Virus record (IMG/VR): IMGVR_UViG_3300005937_000006
Coordinates: 1-64,000 of that record
DNA length: 64,000 nucleotides
Direction: 5' to 3' (one strand)
DNA from: a virus
Taxonomy: Duplodnaviria > Caudoviricetes
Under the pieces are notes generated by a model. That model made no database searches, was not told where the DNA came from, and worked only from the letters and a program-made list of their open reading frames with translations. Both the position numbers and the translations under genes were made by a program. Shown here one piece after another: positions 47,385 through 56,840 of this stretch (position 1 is the stretch's first letter; each line of letters starts with the position of its first letter).

Positions 47385-47816
47385 CTATGCTTTCTGAAAC
47401 ACCGCCTCGTCACGACGATGCCGAATCTCGGACTGCCAGGCGTCATCGAGCCAGCCGAACCAATTCATCTCGTCGATGTCATAGTCGTCTATGTCGTCCG
47501 GGTCGGGCACGTTGAATCCCAAGAAGCGATCCGGGAACTCACCCTGATAGCGCATCTCCTCGAAGAGATCGCTGTGCTCAGCAGCGAGTACATCGACGGC
47601 ATCTCGCCAGCGAGGATCACCCTCGAACTTCGCAAGGATCGCCCCATAGTAGTCACCCTCAGGGCTCGGGTATAGCTGCCCGATGATGCAGGACTCTCCG
47701 TCTGACATATCCAGACGTTCAGTCTCGATGTGGTCAACCCAGTTCGGATCGTAACGGTCAAGCAGCCGTGCGCCAATACTGGCGCACGCTGCTGCGATTT
47801 CTCGCGTGTATTCCAC
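47385..47816 (-). CDS. Hypothetical acidic protein
   Basis: GA.LLD..P.W..I....LDM....CIIGQLY; RBS ggaggg. Confidence 0.6.
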   Translation of the reverse strand: MEYTREIAAACASIGARLLDRYDPNWVDHIETERLDMSDGESCIIGQLYPSPEGDYYGAILAKFEGDPRWRDAVDVLAAEHSDLFEEMRYQGEFPDRFLGFNVPDPDDIDDYDIDEMNWFGWLDDAWQSEIRHRRDEAVFQKA

Positions 47817-48157
47817 TAGCCCCTCCAGACGTAGCCCGCGAGCATGCCGCGCGAGCCATTCGGGTTGAGCGTGTACACGCTCATCAACCGGCTGGGATGC
47901 TGCTTACGCTCGCCAAGCTTCGCACGAATCATGCAGATCGAGATCCTGAGGCCGTTCCGCGTGCGCGTGCCCCAGCGTGTGGGAGGCAGGATCTTGGACA
48001 GTCGGCGCAGGAGTTCGTCTTCCTCAATCGGACGCGGGAACTCTCCCACGACGATGTTCAGAATCATCGCCTCTTGCGGCGTGAATCGCGGATACACCGG
48101 CTGTGTGAGCGGGTGGGCCTGCGTGATCGCCGTCTCAGTCATGGTGGCTTGCATCAT
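47816..48157 (-). CDS. Stand-alone OmpR/PhoB-type winged-helix protein
   Basis: FTPQEAMIL..ELL..L..TRNGLRISICMIRAKLG..LMSV..GYVW; RBS aaggag; no receiver domain. Confidence 0.7.
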   Translation of the reverse strand: MMQATMTETAITQAHPLTQPVYPRFTPQEAMILNIVVGEFPRPIEEDELLRRLSKILPPTRWGTRTRNGLRISICMIRAKLGERKQHPSRLMSVYTLNPNGSRGMLAGYVWRG

Positions 48158-48519
48158 GCTCCTTCGTTTGCTACATCGATATGCTCGATGTACAGTTGCG
48201 GTACGGACTGGAGGCTCTGGTAGACATCCGTCCATTCATGGTCGGGCGGCTCATTGCGCGCTCGTGTGGCATACACGCAGTCACGGTTGAGATCACCTTG
48301 CTTGTCTACCCAGACGACATGGAGATGCATGCTGTTACACGATCCCCAGTAGTAGTTGACGCGCCCAAGGACATCGCCATTCAGTTTCAGGTTCCGTCGA
48401 TTGACCAGTGTGCGCTTGGGCAACTGACGGAACACCGATGCGCTCATCGGATGCCCATCAATCTCTAGCACTGTGATCGTCACAGGCTTCGGCATCAGGG
48501 CGACGCTCGCTGCTTTCAT
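48154..48519 (-). CDS. Hypothetical protein
   Basis: RBS gagga; ATGA overlap. Confidence 0.55.
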   Translation of the reverse strand: MKAASVALMPKPVTITVLEIDGHPMSASVFRQLPKRTLVNRRNLKLNGDVLGRVNYYWGSCNSMHLHVVWVDKQGDLNRDCVYATRARNEPPDHEWTDVYQSLQSVPQLYIEHIDVANEGA

Positions 48520-48784
48520 CTATCTCCTCTTCGATGTAGCCGTCTCGGACTTCCTGCTGGTACTTCTCCCAGGTCATCGTGAGGTACATACCTGACTGAT
48601 ACCTCCCGATCTGGTAGGACACGTAGTATCCGTCTTCGCGGTCGTCCAACTCGACCTTGCGCAGCGGTGCTCGCCCGGACGACAGCCCCAGCTTCGCTGA
48701 GAATCGCACGGCGAGCGGCGTGGTTTCCTGCACAATGTTCTCGTAGTCGTATGCGACCGGAGCGTTCGTCACCCACGTGCTCAT
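48458..48784 (-). CDS. Hypothetical protein
   Basis: ATGA overlap at start. Confidence 0.5.
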   Translation of the reverse strand: MSTWVTNAPVAYDYENIVQETTPLAVRFSAKLGLSSGRAPLRKVELDDREDGYYVSYQIGRYQSGMYLTMTWEKYQQEVRDGYIEEEIDESSERRPDAEACDDHSARD

Positions 48785-49041
48785 GACTCAGCCGATCCGT
48801 CCCGACCAGCGGGCACAGGCTGGCCGATATGCGCACGAATCACCGCTGTGTCGAAGCCATGTGAGATCGTGCTCAGGTACGCAATCGCGCACTCCACGCG
48901 GTGGAGGTACGCCGTCTCGTTGTCATTCGGCGCCCGGATGATGATCCAGCGCTTGCTGATCACGTTCTCATCCTGTGTCTCAACCTCGCAGTTTGGTCCG
49001 TCGCACATGTAGATCGTGCGACTCACGCGGCGTTTACTCAT
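48781..49041 (-). CDS. Small Zn-binding hypothetical protein
   Basis: CDGPNC..H..EC. Confidence 0.55.
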   Translation of the reverse strand: MSKRRVSRTIYMCDGPNCEVETQDENVISKRWIIIRAPNDNETAYLHRVECAIAYLSTISHGFDTAVIRAHIGQPVPAGRDGSAES

Positions 49042-49042
49042 G

Positions 49043-50278
49043 TCAGCGCTCCACAGTGAATACCCGCTTCGATGGCGGCTTGAACGGCTTTGACATATCA
49101 CCCTTGACGTACGCAGAGATCCAGCGCCATTGCTTGATCCACTGACCCTCTTCGTTCTTCATCGGCTGATGGCGCCAGAACCCGCCGTTTGCGGACCCGA
49201 CGAGCCAATGACACGACCACTCGCGATGCACCTCCTCTTCATCGCTGGCGTGCTTGACGCGCTCGGGCTTGCGCAGCGTGACAACATTGACGGTGTCCCA
49301 CTGGGGCTTCTTGGCGTTGCCACGCGCCAGCCTCCGCAGGACGGCTCGATCGGTGTGTGACGGAACGCTGACGAACACCTTGGTGGACAGAAAGTTGAGG
49401 GCCGCGCCAAAGAGCTTGAGATAGCCTTCGGTGCAGTACGGGCAGGCATTCGAGGGATCGCTGTAGGCCAGGGCATTCTTCTCCATCGTCTGCGCGATGG
49501 TCTGCCCCGAACGCCAGGGTGTGATCAGCCAGGGGATGCCGCCCGGCCTGATCACGCTCGTCTCGCGATGCGCGGTCAGCATCATCTGCCGATACGCTTC
49601 CTGCTCGACATCCTCGTTCGTTGCGCTACGTAGCAGCGTCTCTGCTCCGTCGATGACTTCCGGCGTCGATCCAAACTGTTCAGCTAGACGCTGTACGGCT
49701 TCGCGGTTCTTCGTCTCTTCCTCTTCTTGCGTTTTGCGGATGAGGCGATCCAGACGGTTGTACGTCTGCTTGGACAGGCGACTTGTCATCCAGGTTGGCG
49801 GGAACACTTCCATGATCGACTGCTCGCCGGGCTGCACCCAGGCACACAGATCGATGAACGTCGTATTCCGCGACTTTCGCCATGACAATGACGTGACGCG
49901 ATCCTCGGTGCCCATGCAAGCATCGTCGGGCGGATGCGAGTGCTTGAGCGAGATCGGCTGCTCCAGGTGGATGAACCCACGCTGGGTGAACAGCATCGGG
50001 TCGGTTAGCCGCCAGGACATCGGCAGCGTACCGTACGACTGCTCCAGGATCGTGCAGAACGCAGCGGGCCAGTAGACCGGCTCAGCTTCGCTCAGGATCG
50101 AGACGAGCAGCGACCTTGCGTCATCGGCCTTGATGACATCAACGCCATCGGTGGCGGCGAGCTTGCGGTCAGTCAGGTAGTCCGACCGTGCTCGTAGGAT
50201 GTCGATGCCCTTCTGGCTCAGGAGCCAGCGCAGATTCTCTGCGAGGGTATCGACGGCGACGTTCCAACGCGGTGCCAT
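49043..50278 (-). CDS. Large hypothetical protein (411 aa)
   Basis: RBS aggagg; C-terminal HW.V..FWRHQP..WISAYVKG motif. Confidence 0.7.
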   Translation of the reverse strand: MAPRWNVAVDTLAENLRWLLSQKGIDILRARSDYLTDRKLAATDGVDVIKADDARSLLVSILSEAEPVYWPAAFCTILEQSYGTLPMSWRLTDPMLFTQRGFIHLEQPISLKHSHPPDDACMGTEDRVTSLSWRKSRNTTFIDLCAWVQPGEQSIMEVFPPTWMTSRLSKQTYNRLDRLIRKTQEEEETKNREAVQRLAEQFGSTPEVIDGAETLLRSATNEDVEQEAYRQMMLTAHRETSVIRPGGIPWLITPWRSGQTIAQTMEKNALAYSDPSNACPYCTEGYLKLFGAALNFLSTKVFVSVPSHTDRAVLRRLARGNAKKPQWDTVNVVTLRKPERVKHASDEEEVHREWSCHWLVGSANGGFWRHQPMKNEEGQWIKQWRWISAYVKGDMSKPFKPPSKRVFTVER

Positions 50279-50326
50279 TGAACCTCCTGCTGCCGTCTGT
50301 GCGGCACGAGACGCCCTAGAGTGTAC

Positions 50327-52054
50327 TTACTCTCCTAACGCTTCTGCCGCAATCCGTTCCGGGATGTGCCAACAATGCTTCGTCGTCCAGCTACCACTCG
50401 GTCGCTGGAACCCGATCGTGCGCTGCGACGCCTCGACATTCCGCAGCATCAGCCCAAGCTCGCGCGGCGCAATCAAGTGGCGGTAGTTCGTGTGAATCCA
50501 TGCGCGAAAGGCTGGCCCGAAGATGTAGAGCTGTCCGTCCTTGAAGAAGGACGATTGCGTCCGGTAGGCATCGGATAGGGACTCGGTGGGGGCTCGGTCG
50601 TTCAGGTAGTGCACGAGGTAGCTGATGACCATGCCCGCGTCGGTGGCATCATCAGCGACATCCTGCTCCTCCATGATATCCCCGAAGATGTTCAGGATGT
50701 CGTCCCACTGATCCCGCTTGAACTGGCGCACCATACGCTTCGTGACATCGTACACCCGTTGGCGGAAGCCAGTCTGCGAGACAAGTGTCTCGACTTTATC
50801 GAAGCGAACCTTGCCGTGATTCGTATCCATGACGTAGGACGGTGGCTCGGATCGATACTTGATGATGCCTAGGATCTGGATCGGACCAAGCACACCGGAG
50901 AGGAGCGACAGGGTTCGATCCAGGCTATCTGATGCCGCGATCTCGTTCATCACCGCGCCATACTCGGATTCCTTACTCCGCTTCGGCGGCGGCATCAACG
51001 GCGGTGCCTGTGGCGCCGCGATCTCCGGGTTGTCTGGATTGGCGGATGGCACCCCATTGTGGCGCGGCGCGCTCTTCCGTAGTGTGCGGCGCAGGTAGTC
51101 TTCCATGTTCTTGTGACTACCCGTCTCGCCGTACCTACGTCGATGGGCAATGAGCAGATCCACAATCTCTTGTGTAGACCAGCCCGCATAGGCTGCAATG
51201 GCCGCGAGCGACATGTCATAGGACGACAGGGACTGATCCTGCATGTCTTTGCGTTCGTGTCTCCAAGACTGCTTGAACTTGATGTGGGTATCCTGGAGCA
51301 GATCGAACTTCGCCATTGGCGGATCAGCCATCAGGTTGATCTTGAACTCACCAACATCGGTGACCGCTTCGGGGTCAGTCTCTGGCGACTCCATGAGATA
51401 GGGCTCGAAGTCGCTCGGACTATAGCGGGCGATCTCTGCGCCCATGTAGTGTTGTATTCGGATCGTGACTGGTAGGCGTCTACCGCCACGCTCAACATCT
51501 TTGTAGTTGAACGTGCCTGGGATGCGCATGACCCTCGAAAGATCATGCACTGCATCGATGTCCAGGTGCGCCTCGTGTGCCCGAAATCGAAAGGTATTTG
51601 ACCACCGTCGTGAGAGGTCGATGGCAGAGCGCCGTTCATCAGCGTCTGCGAACATCCAGGGCTCGTTGAACAGCCACCATGCTTGCAAGCCGTGGCCCGA
51701 ATCAACGAGGTACGAAGGTTTCAGCGGTGTGACCTGATTGATGAAGTGCTCGGCTTCTTCCTTGGATGGGAAGAGGTTGACTTTCTGGTGCGCTTCATCA
51801 ACCACGTCAACGTCGAGCCAGAGCGCGGCGATGCCGACCACATCATCGGTGCCCCCACGCTGGGACGGTGGCAGGGCTCGTGCACGTAGACCAGTGCCGA
51901 CGTAGACATCCCCACGCTCAGCAAGGCGTGTGGCTGCTGTGATGGCAACCTCTACATCGGCGTAGAACTCAGAGCGTCCGTTCTGGAGTGACCAGAGGAG
52001 AATCCAACTGTCTTCGGGCTTGAATCGCCACAAATCCCGAAGCATCTCCGTCAT
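50327..52054 (-). CDS. RepB-like (AEP-type) DNA primase
   Basis: DVYVG..ALWLDVD, PSYLVDSGHGLQAWW, DLSRVMRIPGTFN; helical SSYDMSLA domain. Confidence 0.85.
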   Translation of the reverse strand: MTEMLRDLWRFKPEDSWILLWSLQNGRSEFYADVEVAITAATRLAERGDVYVGTGLRARALPPSQRGGTDDVVGIAALWLDVDVVDEAHQKVNLFPSKEEAEHFINQVTPLKPSYLVDSGHGLQAWWLFNEPWMFADADERRSAIDLSRRWSNTFRFRAHEAHLDIDAVHDLSRVMRIPGTFNYKDVERGGRRLPVTIRIQHYMGAEIARYSPSDFEPYLMESPETDPEAVTDVGEFKINLMADPPMAKFDLLQDTHIKFKQSWRHERKDMQDQSLSSYDMSLAAIAAYAGWSTQEIVDLLIAHRRRYGETGSHKNMEDYLRRTLRKSAPRHNGVPSANPDNPEIAAPQAPPLMPPPKRSKESEYGAVMNEIAASDSLDRTLSLLSGVLGPIQILGIIKYRSEPPSYVMDTNHGKVRFDKVETLVSQTGFRQRVYDVTKRMVRQFKRDQWDDILNIFGDIMEEQDVADDATDAGMVISYLVHYLNDRAPTESLSDAYRTQSSFFKDGQLYIFGPAFRAWIHTNYRHLIAPRELGLMLRNVEASQRTIGFQRPSGSWTTKHCWHIPERIAAEALGE

Positions 52055-52066
52055 CGTATCCCCCTT

Positions 52067-52108
52067 GAAAGCGAAGACCGCAGGGCAATAGCACCCTGCG
52101 GTCTTCGC
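52067..52108 (-). terminator. Terminator-like hairpin
   Basis: 15-bp perfect IR gcgaagaccgcaggg/ccctgcggtcttcgc followed by ttt on - strand. Confidence 0.7.
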
Positions 52109-52113
52109 GTGCG

Positions 52114-52956
52114 CTAGCGGGGGTTGGTGTCTGTGGCTACCTCCGCCTGCGCCTCTTCGGTGAACACCGTCTCGACAGCCCTCTGGGAGAACTGCTCGAA
52201 GAGCGGCGTCAAGTTCTCTGCATATGCCTTCATAAAGGCAAACTCCTCAGCCGACAACACTCCCACTCGACGGACCTTCATCTTGCTGTACTCGATGTTG
52301 CCCCGTGGCCCGCCGCGATCTACTTCCAAGCCGACCTCGATGATCGCGCGACGGAAGCTAATACCGCGTGCGAGAAGCTGACCGGCAAACGTGCTCCACA
52401 CCGCGAGAGATGATGGCGGCACGCTAACGACCAGCGGGAGCAGGTGCACATCCTCTGCATCTTCCGACTTCGGAATCATGAACAGCGGATGCGTCTCCCT
52501 GCACAAGGGGCGCTCATCGTTTCGGAACTTCGAGAGGGGGCATGCCTGACACGAGAATGGACCCTGCTGCTCCGGGTGAAGCTGGAGCGACGGGTGCGCG
52601 ATCCCCTTGACCTCGTGAATGGGCTTCCCGTAGCCAACGATGCCATCAGGGGAGGAGCAATCTGGAATCTGACCCCCGCCGGATTCCTCGTAGCTCTCTT
52701 CCCAGAACAGGCGATTGGGGACGTGGTGCACGATCAGCCCGGTGAGGGTGGACATCATCTTGTCGCCCTCATCGGTCGGCACCTTGAACTGCAAGACGCC
52801 CCCGGTCGGCCAGGAGATCCGAGTAAGCTTTGGCAGCATCCCATTGAGGTTGTCGCTGAGCAGTTCCGCTAGTTCGGCCTTGTCATAGGCGAGAACAGGG
52901 AACTGGTCGCGAGCGGGAACCGCCAGCGCCTGAGTTTGCGGTTTGCTCGTTGCCAT
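52114..52956 (-). CDS. Putative ssDNA-binding/annealing protein
   Basis: PTGG..F..LTGLIVH..FW..PDCSSPDG..CQACP..C..LF..P...VPPSS; lies between helicase and primase. Confidence 0.65.
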   Translation of the reverse strand: MATSKPQTQALAVPARDQFPVLAYDKAELAELLSDNLNGMLPKLTRISWPTGGVLQFKVPTDEGDKMMSTLTGLIVHHVPNRLFWEESYEESGGGQIPDCSSPDGIVGYGKPIHEVKGIAHPSLQLHPEQQGPFSCQACPLSKFRNDERPLCRETHPLFMIPKSEDAEDVHLLPLVVSVPPSSLAVWSTFAGQLLARGISFRRAIIEVGLEVDRGGPRGNIEYSKMKVRRVGVLSAEEFAFMKAYAENLTPLFEQFSQRAVETVFTEEAQAEVATDTNPR

Positions 52957-53191
52957 CTGTGTTCTGCTCTCTTCGATCTGCAATCTTCAGCATGAACGTC
53001 GGTATGTGATACCGACCATCGACAGTGGGGAACAGTTCGCGCGCAACCTCCTCTTCCAAGAGTCGATTGTCCGCAGCAGCATACCAGCGGCGCGTACCGC
53101 TGGCACGCTCTGCGACAACCGCAACGATCTCCGACAGGTGTGTTCCCCTGACCACCTGATCGTACTTATAGGTACGCAATTCGCGTGGCAT
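52883..53191 (-). CDS. Hypothetical protein
   Basis: Start MPREL at 53191; overlaps next gene by 74 nt. Confidence 0.45.
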   Translation of the reverse strand: MPRELRTYKYDQVVRGTHLSEIVAVVAERASGTRRWYAAADNRLLEEEVARELFPTVDGRYHIPTFMLKIADRREQNTDGNEQTANSGAGGSRSRPVPCSRL

Positions 53192-53248
53192 GCAGCCCCC
53201 TACGGAGGGCGCATACTGGCGCACACGGCGGGGAAGCGTGCCGACAGG

Positions 53249-53755
53249 CTACGCCTTCCTCTTCGACAAGGAGAACCGAGTCGAAGCCTCAATGGCACCG
53301 GCAAACTCCGGTGGTAGCTCCATGTCTTCCAGCATCCACTCGTTGAGCATCGGTGCGAGCGATTGGCCTTTGATCGTCAGCATGTCCATGATCGCGTCGG
53401 CTTCGTCGTAGCGATCTTCATCCTGCAATCGGACCGCGTAGTTTCGCAACGCATTCGCTGCCACGAGGGAGCCGCGAACCATCTTGGGGTAGGTCCGCGA
53501 GGTGATGCTGAATTTCATCCTAACGCCACTGTCAGTCGTGACGGTGATCGACGGCGTGTCGTCAGTCAGCATCCGTTGTAGCACCAGCGCCTCGATCTGA
53601 TCGCCCGCTGCCTTGACGGCAGCGAGGGCCTGTGACAGCCGGCGCTCTTCGTCGGTCAGGATCGCGAGTTGCTTGAGCAGATCCACGGTGGGAGTGGCTT
53701 CGAGTGCCACTTGTGCATCCAACTCAGACGGGGTGGTAATCTCCCTTGATGTCAC
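53249..53755 (-). CDS. Hypothetical protein (coiled coil) of replication module
   Basis: GTG start with ggagg RBS. Confidence 0.65.
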   Translation of the reverse strand: MTSREITTPSELDAQVALEATPTVDLLKQLAILTDEERRLSQALAAVKAAGDQIEALVLQRMLTDDTPSITVTTDSGVRMKFSITSRTYPKMVRGSLVAANALRNYAVRLQDEDRYDEADAIMDMLTIKGQSLAPMLNEWMLEDMELPPEFAGAIEASTRFSLSKRKA

Positions 53756-53854
53756 GGGACCAACCTCCAGGCTCGGTCGCGTAGGTAGGTGCGTCCTTGC
53801 GTGAACCCGTCACCCATCTGAAACGCCTTCGGACATGGTTTCCCCCGCCCCGAG

Positions 53855-53884
53855 AGTATAGCAGATCGGTCAAGGCAACGTCAA
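53855..53884 (-). promoter_or_regulatory. Sigma70-type promoter
   Basis: TTGACG-N18-TATACT with extended TG. Confidence 0.8.
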
Positions 53885-53901
53885 GTAGACGCGCAAAATC
53901 A

Positions 53902-53944
53902 CCGCTCACTCGTTATCTCAAATCTCAAGAGCGCGAGTGAGCGG
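53902..53944. repeat. 11-bp inverted repeat enclosing tandem ATCTCAA x2
   Basis: ccgctcactcg/cgagtgagcgg; atctcaa at 53915-53921 and 53922-53928. Confidence 0.75.
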
Positions 53945-53960
53945 CACGACAATGCGAAAA

Positions 53961-55802
53961 TTAGCCCCGGCGGACTAATTCAGCCAAATTCTCCACGACA
54001 TCCCTGCGCTGATCCAGAGCCTTATAGATCGTCCCGTCGATGGTGTTCTCGGCCAGCAGATGGTAGTACGTCACGGGCCGACTGCTACCATCAGGCAACG
54101 GACGGTCGAGCCGTGCCAACGACTGATCGTAGTTGCCAAGGGAGCGATCCAACGAGTAGTAGATGGCGTAGTTGGCACCCGTCAAGTCGATGCCGACACC
54201 TCCCGATTGAATCTGCACGCCCAGAACATCGCACTCGGATGGGTAGGTGGCATTCGGGCCAAGCTCTTTGCGATTGCCCGATAGCTCCTTGTACCGCTTC
54301 CCGAGACGCTCGGCAACCTGGGCGATCACCGCGAGATCGTGCTGGAACCGCGCGAACACGACGACGGGCTCGTCAATGTCCTCTAGGATGTCTGCGAGCA
54401 GTTCCTCTTTGCTGGTGTCCACACGGATGTCTCGCCCGAGATCGTCGCGGACATACCCGCTCGTGACCTGTTGGCATCTGAGGAGCTTGACCAGCACGTT
54501 GCTGATCGTGGTGCGCTCATCCCCGTCGCCTCGGCCTGCGACGTACTGATCAAGCTCGGCGTAGAACTCCCGCTCGATCTTTTTGTACGTTTCCTGAGCC
54601 TTGGCGGTGAGGCGACAGTGGCGTGTGATGTGCTGCGCGGGTGGAAGCTCTAACACTTCCTTGCCGACGCTGAAGGTGATCGTCGCGAGTTGCGAGGCCA
54701 GCCAGGGCTGGTTGACCCAGCGGATCACTTGGTGCTGGTTGTAGCCGCCCATCTCCGCGATCTGCGAACGGAACTTCGGGAACGAATCGCCCAGGATTCT
54801 GTTGTCCAGGAACTGGAACTGTGCCCAGATATCCAGGGGCGAGTGCGGCATCGGCGTGCCGGTCAGGCAGGCGCGGAATGTCGCATGCGTGCGCAAGAGA
54901 CGGCAGAAGCGCGAGGCTTTGCCTGCGGGAGCTTTGATGCGATGAGACTCGTCAAGAATGACGGCATCCCACCGCTGTGTGAGCGCGAAGCCTCGATCGA
55001 TGATCTCGTTCCGGGCATTGCGCGTTGGCCCGAATGGGGATCGCCATGCTGACTCGTAGTTGACGATGATGACCAGTCGCTTTCCGACTGCATCGCACCA
55101 CTCGATCATGCGCGAAGCTAAGTCAGCTTTCCCTGATACCGTGCCATCGTCCAGCTTCAGGATCTCGTAGTCGTCAACGGCGTGGCGCGCGATCTGGTTC
55201 GGCCAGACATCCATGACGGACTTCGGGCAGATGATGAGGATCTTCCTCATCATCCGATTGCCCATCAGGTCGCAGATGACCTTGCTCTTGCCCGTGCCCA
55301 TCTTCATGTCGAGCATGACGGACTCTTTGCGGAAGCTGTACCAGAACGCAGCCCGCTGATGGCGCCAGGACGGCGTCTTCTCGATGGGCAACGGGCGATC
55401 CAGGTCCGCAACGGGCGTCGGGGTGAACAGCGGTACCTGTGAACGGTCCACCGTATCACGGCGGGTTGTTCGCGTTTGTTCGGGATTCGGCAGACGGGTC
55501 GCCGGCGGGTCCGGCGGTGGGACCGGATGGCCCATCACCAGGGCGCGGAACTCGTGGCTGACCGTCCAGCGCAGCGGCAGACTGTAGATGGCCTGGGCCG
55601 TGCTGCGGTTCTTGGGCCAGTGCCATGTCTGCGTCTCGCCAAAGTAGCGCCCGTTCGGGATCGTCTTGATATGCTCACGATCCCCGAAGCGGGCCGCGAC
55701 GACGATCTCCTCCCCGACCAAGAATGCGCTAGGCCGTCGAGTTAGATAGGGCCGCTCCGCTGGCCCGAATCGTGCGGGCGGCGCAGGGTTGGAATAGGGC
55801 AT
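53961..55802 (-). CDS. SNF2-like SF2 helicase
   Basis: MLDMKMGTGKS, ILDESHRIK, CLTGTP, VVVFARF, QSGGVGIDL, QSLARLDR. Confidence 0.93.
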   Translation of the reverse strand: MPYSNPAPPARFGPAERPYLTRRPSAFLVGEEIVVAARFGDREHIKTIPNGRYFGETQTWHWPKNRSTAQAIYSLPLRWTVSHEFRALVMGHPVPPPDPPATRLPNPEQTRTTRRDTVDRSQVPLFTPTPVADLDRPLPIEKTPSWRHQRAAFWYSFRKESVMLDMKMGTGKSKVICDLMGNRMMRKILIICPKSVMDVWPNQIARHAVDDYEILKLDDGTVSGKADLASRMIEWCDAVGKRLVIIVNYESAWRSPFGPTRNARNEIIDRGFALTQRWDAVILDESHRIKAPAGKASRFCRLLRTHATFRACLTGTPMPHSPLDIWAQFQFLDNRILGDSFPKFRSQIAEMGGYNQHQVIRWVNQPWLASQLATITFSVGKEVLELPPAQHITRHCRLTAKAQETYKKIEREFYAELDQYVAGRGDGDERTTISNVLVKLLRCQQVTSGYVRDDLGRDIRVDTSKEELLADILEDIDEPVVVFARFQHDLAVIAQVAERLGKRYKELSGNRKELGPNATYPSECDVLGVQIQSGGVGIDLTGANYAIYYSLDRSLGNYDQSLARLDRPLPDGSSRPVTYYHLLAENTIDGTIYKALDQRRDVVENLAELVRRG

Positions 55803-55832
55803 CGAGTGGCCCTCCCTCTCTGGTCAGGCTGT

Positions 55833-55867
55833 CATGGTTGCGTAACCACGATGCCTGTCGGTATGAT
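55833..55867 (+). promoter_or_regulatory. Leaderless promoter with overlapping palindrome
   Basis: TTGCGT (55838)-N18-TATGAT (55862), 7 nt before ATG; tggtt-N4-aacca covers the -35 box. Confidence 0.6.
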
Positions 55868-55874
55868 AGCGGGT

Positions 55875-56114
55875 ATGAGTCCCGTGCTAGAGCGCGCAGA
55901 GGCCAATGATCGCGAAGCCGCACGATCCGCCGGGCAGGCGTTGAATGCGTTGCGGCGTACCGTCACGCGCACCTGTGGGGTGTGCGGCATCGAGATCACC
56001 GGCGTGAGCACCATCAAATGGTGCAGCCCTCGCTGTGCCAAGCGACACGAGCGTGCACTGAAGCGTGCACGAGGCACGCGCGTTGCTGCGTTCCTCAAGC
56101 GAGACGCGAGCTAG
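55875..56114 (+). CDS. Zn-finger protein, counter-oriented
   Basis: CGVCG..WCSPRC; no RBS; start reassigned to 55875. Confidence 0.7.
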   Translation: MSPVLERAEANDREAARSAGQALNALRRTVTRTCGVCGIEITGVSTIKWCSPRCAKRHERALKRARGTRVAAFLKRDAS

Positions 56115-56545
56115 AGCCCTTCGTACTGCGAGCAGTATTTGCGGTGCTCGATGATGGCGTCAGCGCCGTACTCCTCCGATTCTGCACTGCATTCTATGCA
56201 GGTATTCACGGAGGTCGCGGCAACGATGGCTTCCCAGTCGCGGTTGAGTTCGGCCTGGTGCTTGTACAGGTCTACCGAGACAAAGCCATCGGTCGTCTCT
56301 TTGAGGATGGCACCATCCATCTCGACGCACAGCATGACGATCTCGCTGGCGTTCAGGCGGCTTTCCACATCGACGGAGTTGTTGTGCTCGTCAATAAGCT
56401 CCGGGTCCATGCCCTCAGGGAAGTCGAACAGATGGTACGCCGAGAGGTTGTCACCTCCCGCGAAGCCATCGTCCGCGCCGCTGCCGGCGATGACGTAGAA
56501 GAATTCAGCCACGGGCTCGTGGTTGAATTTAGGGCTGCTCCTCAT
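56111..56545 (-). CDS. Hypothetical acidic protein
   Basis: RBS ggggg; C-terminal CxxC..H..C. Confidence 0.6.
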   Translation of the reverse strand: MRSSPKFNHEPVAEFFYVIAGSGADDGFAGGDNLSAYHLFDFPEGMDPELIDEHNNSVDVESRLNASEIVMLCVEMDGAILKETTDGFVSVDLYKHQAELNRDWEAIVAATSVNTCIECSAESEEYGADAIIEHRKYCSQYEGL

Positions 56546-56840
56546 GGGTAATCCCCCTGTCGAGCGCGCGGCTAACGCACTCGCAGACGTTGGAGATGAA
56601 GCACTCATGCCTATTGCAATCGCGGGTGGAATCCTCGACGGCATGCACGAGCATGAACAGACAGACGCCACAGATGCTGATGGCGCCTATCACGCGGGCG
56701 TAATCGACCTCGGCGGTTTGCATGTCCTCCCGTAGCTTGTCGCGGTAGAGCGGATGCCCACACAGCGGGCGCAGGCTGGCGCGCATGATGTGCCAGTCCC
56801 CGTAGGCGAACTCGCCCAACGTGCGGATGCGGATGAGCAT
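56529..56840 (-). CDS. Hypothetical Cys-rich protein
   Basis: TGATG overlap. Confidence 0.45.
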   Translation of the reverse strand: MLIRIRTLGEFAYGDWHIMRASLRPLCGHPLYRDKLREDMQTAEVDYARVIGAISICGVCLFMLVHAVEDSTRDCNRHECFISNVCECVSRALDRGITHEEQP

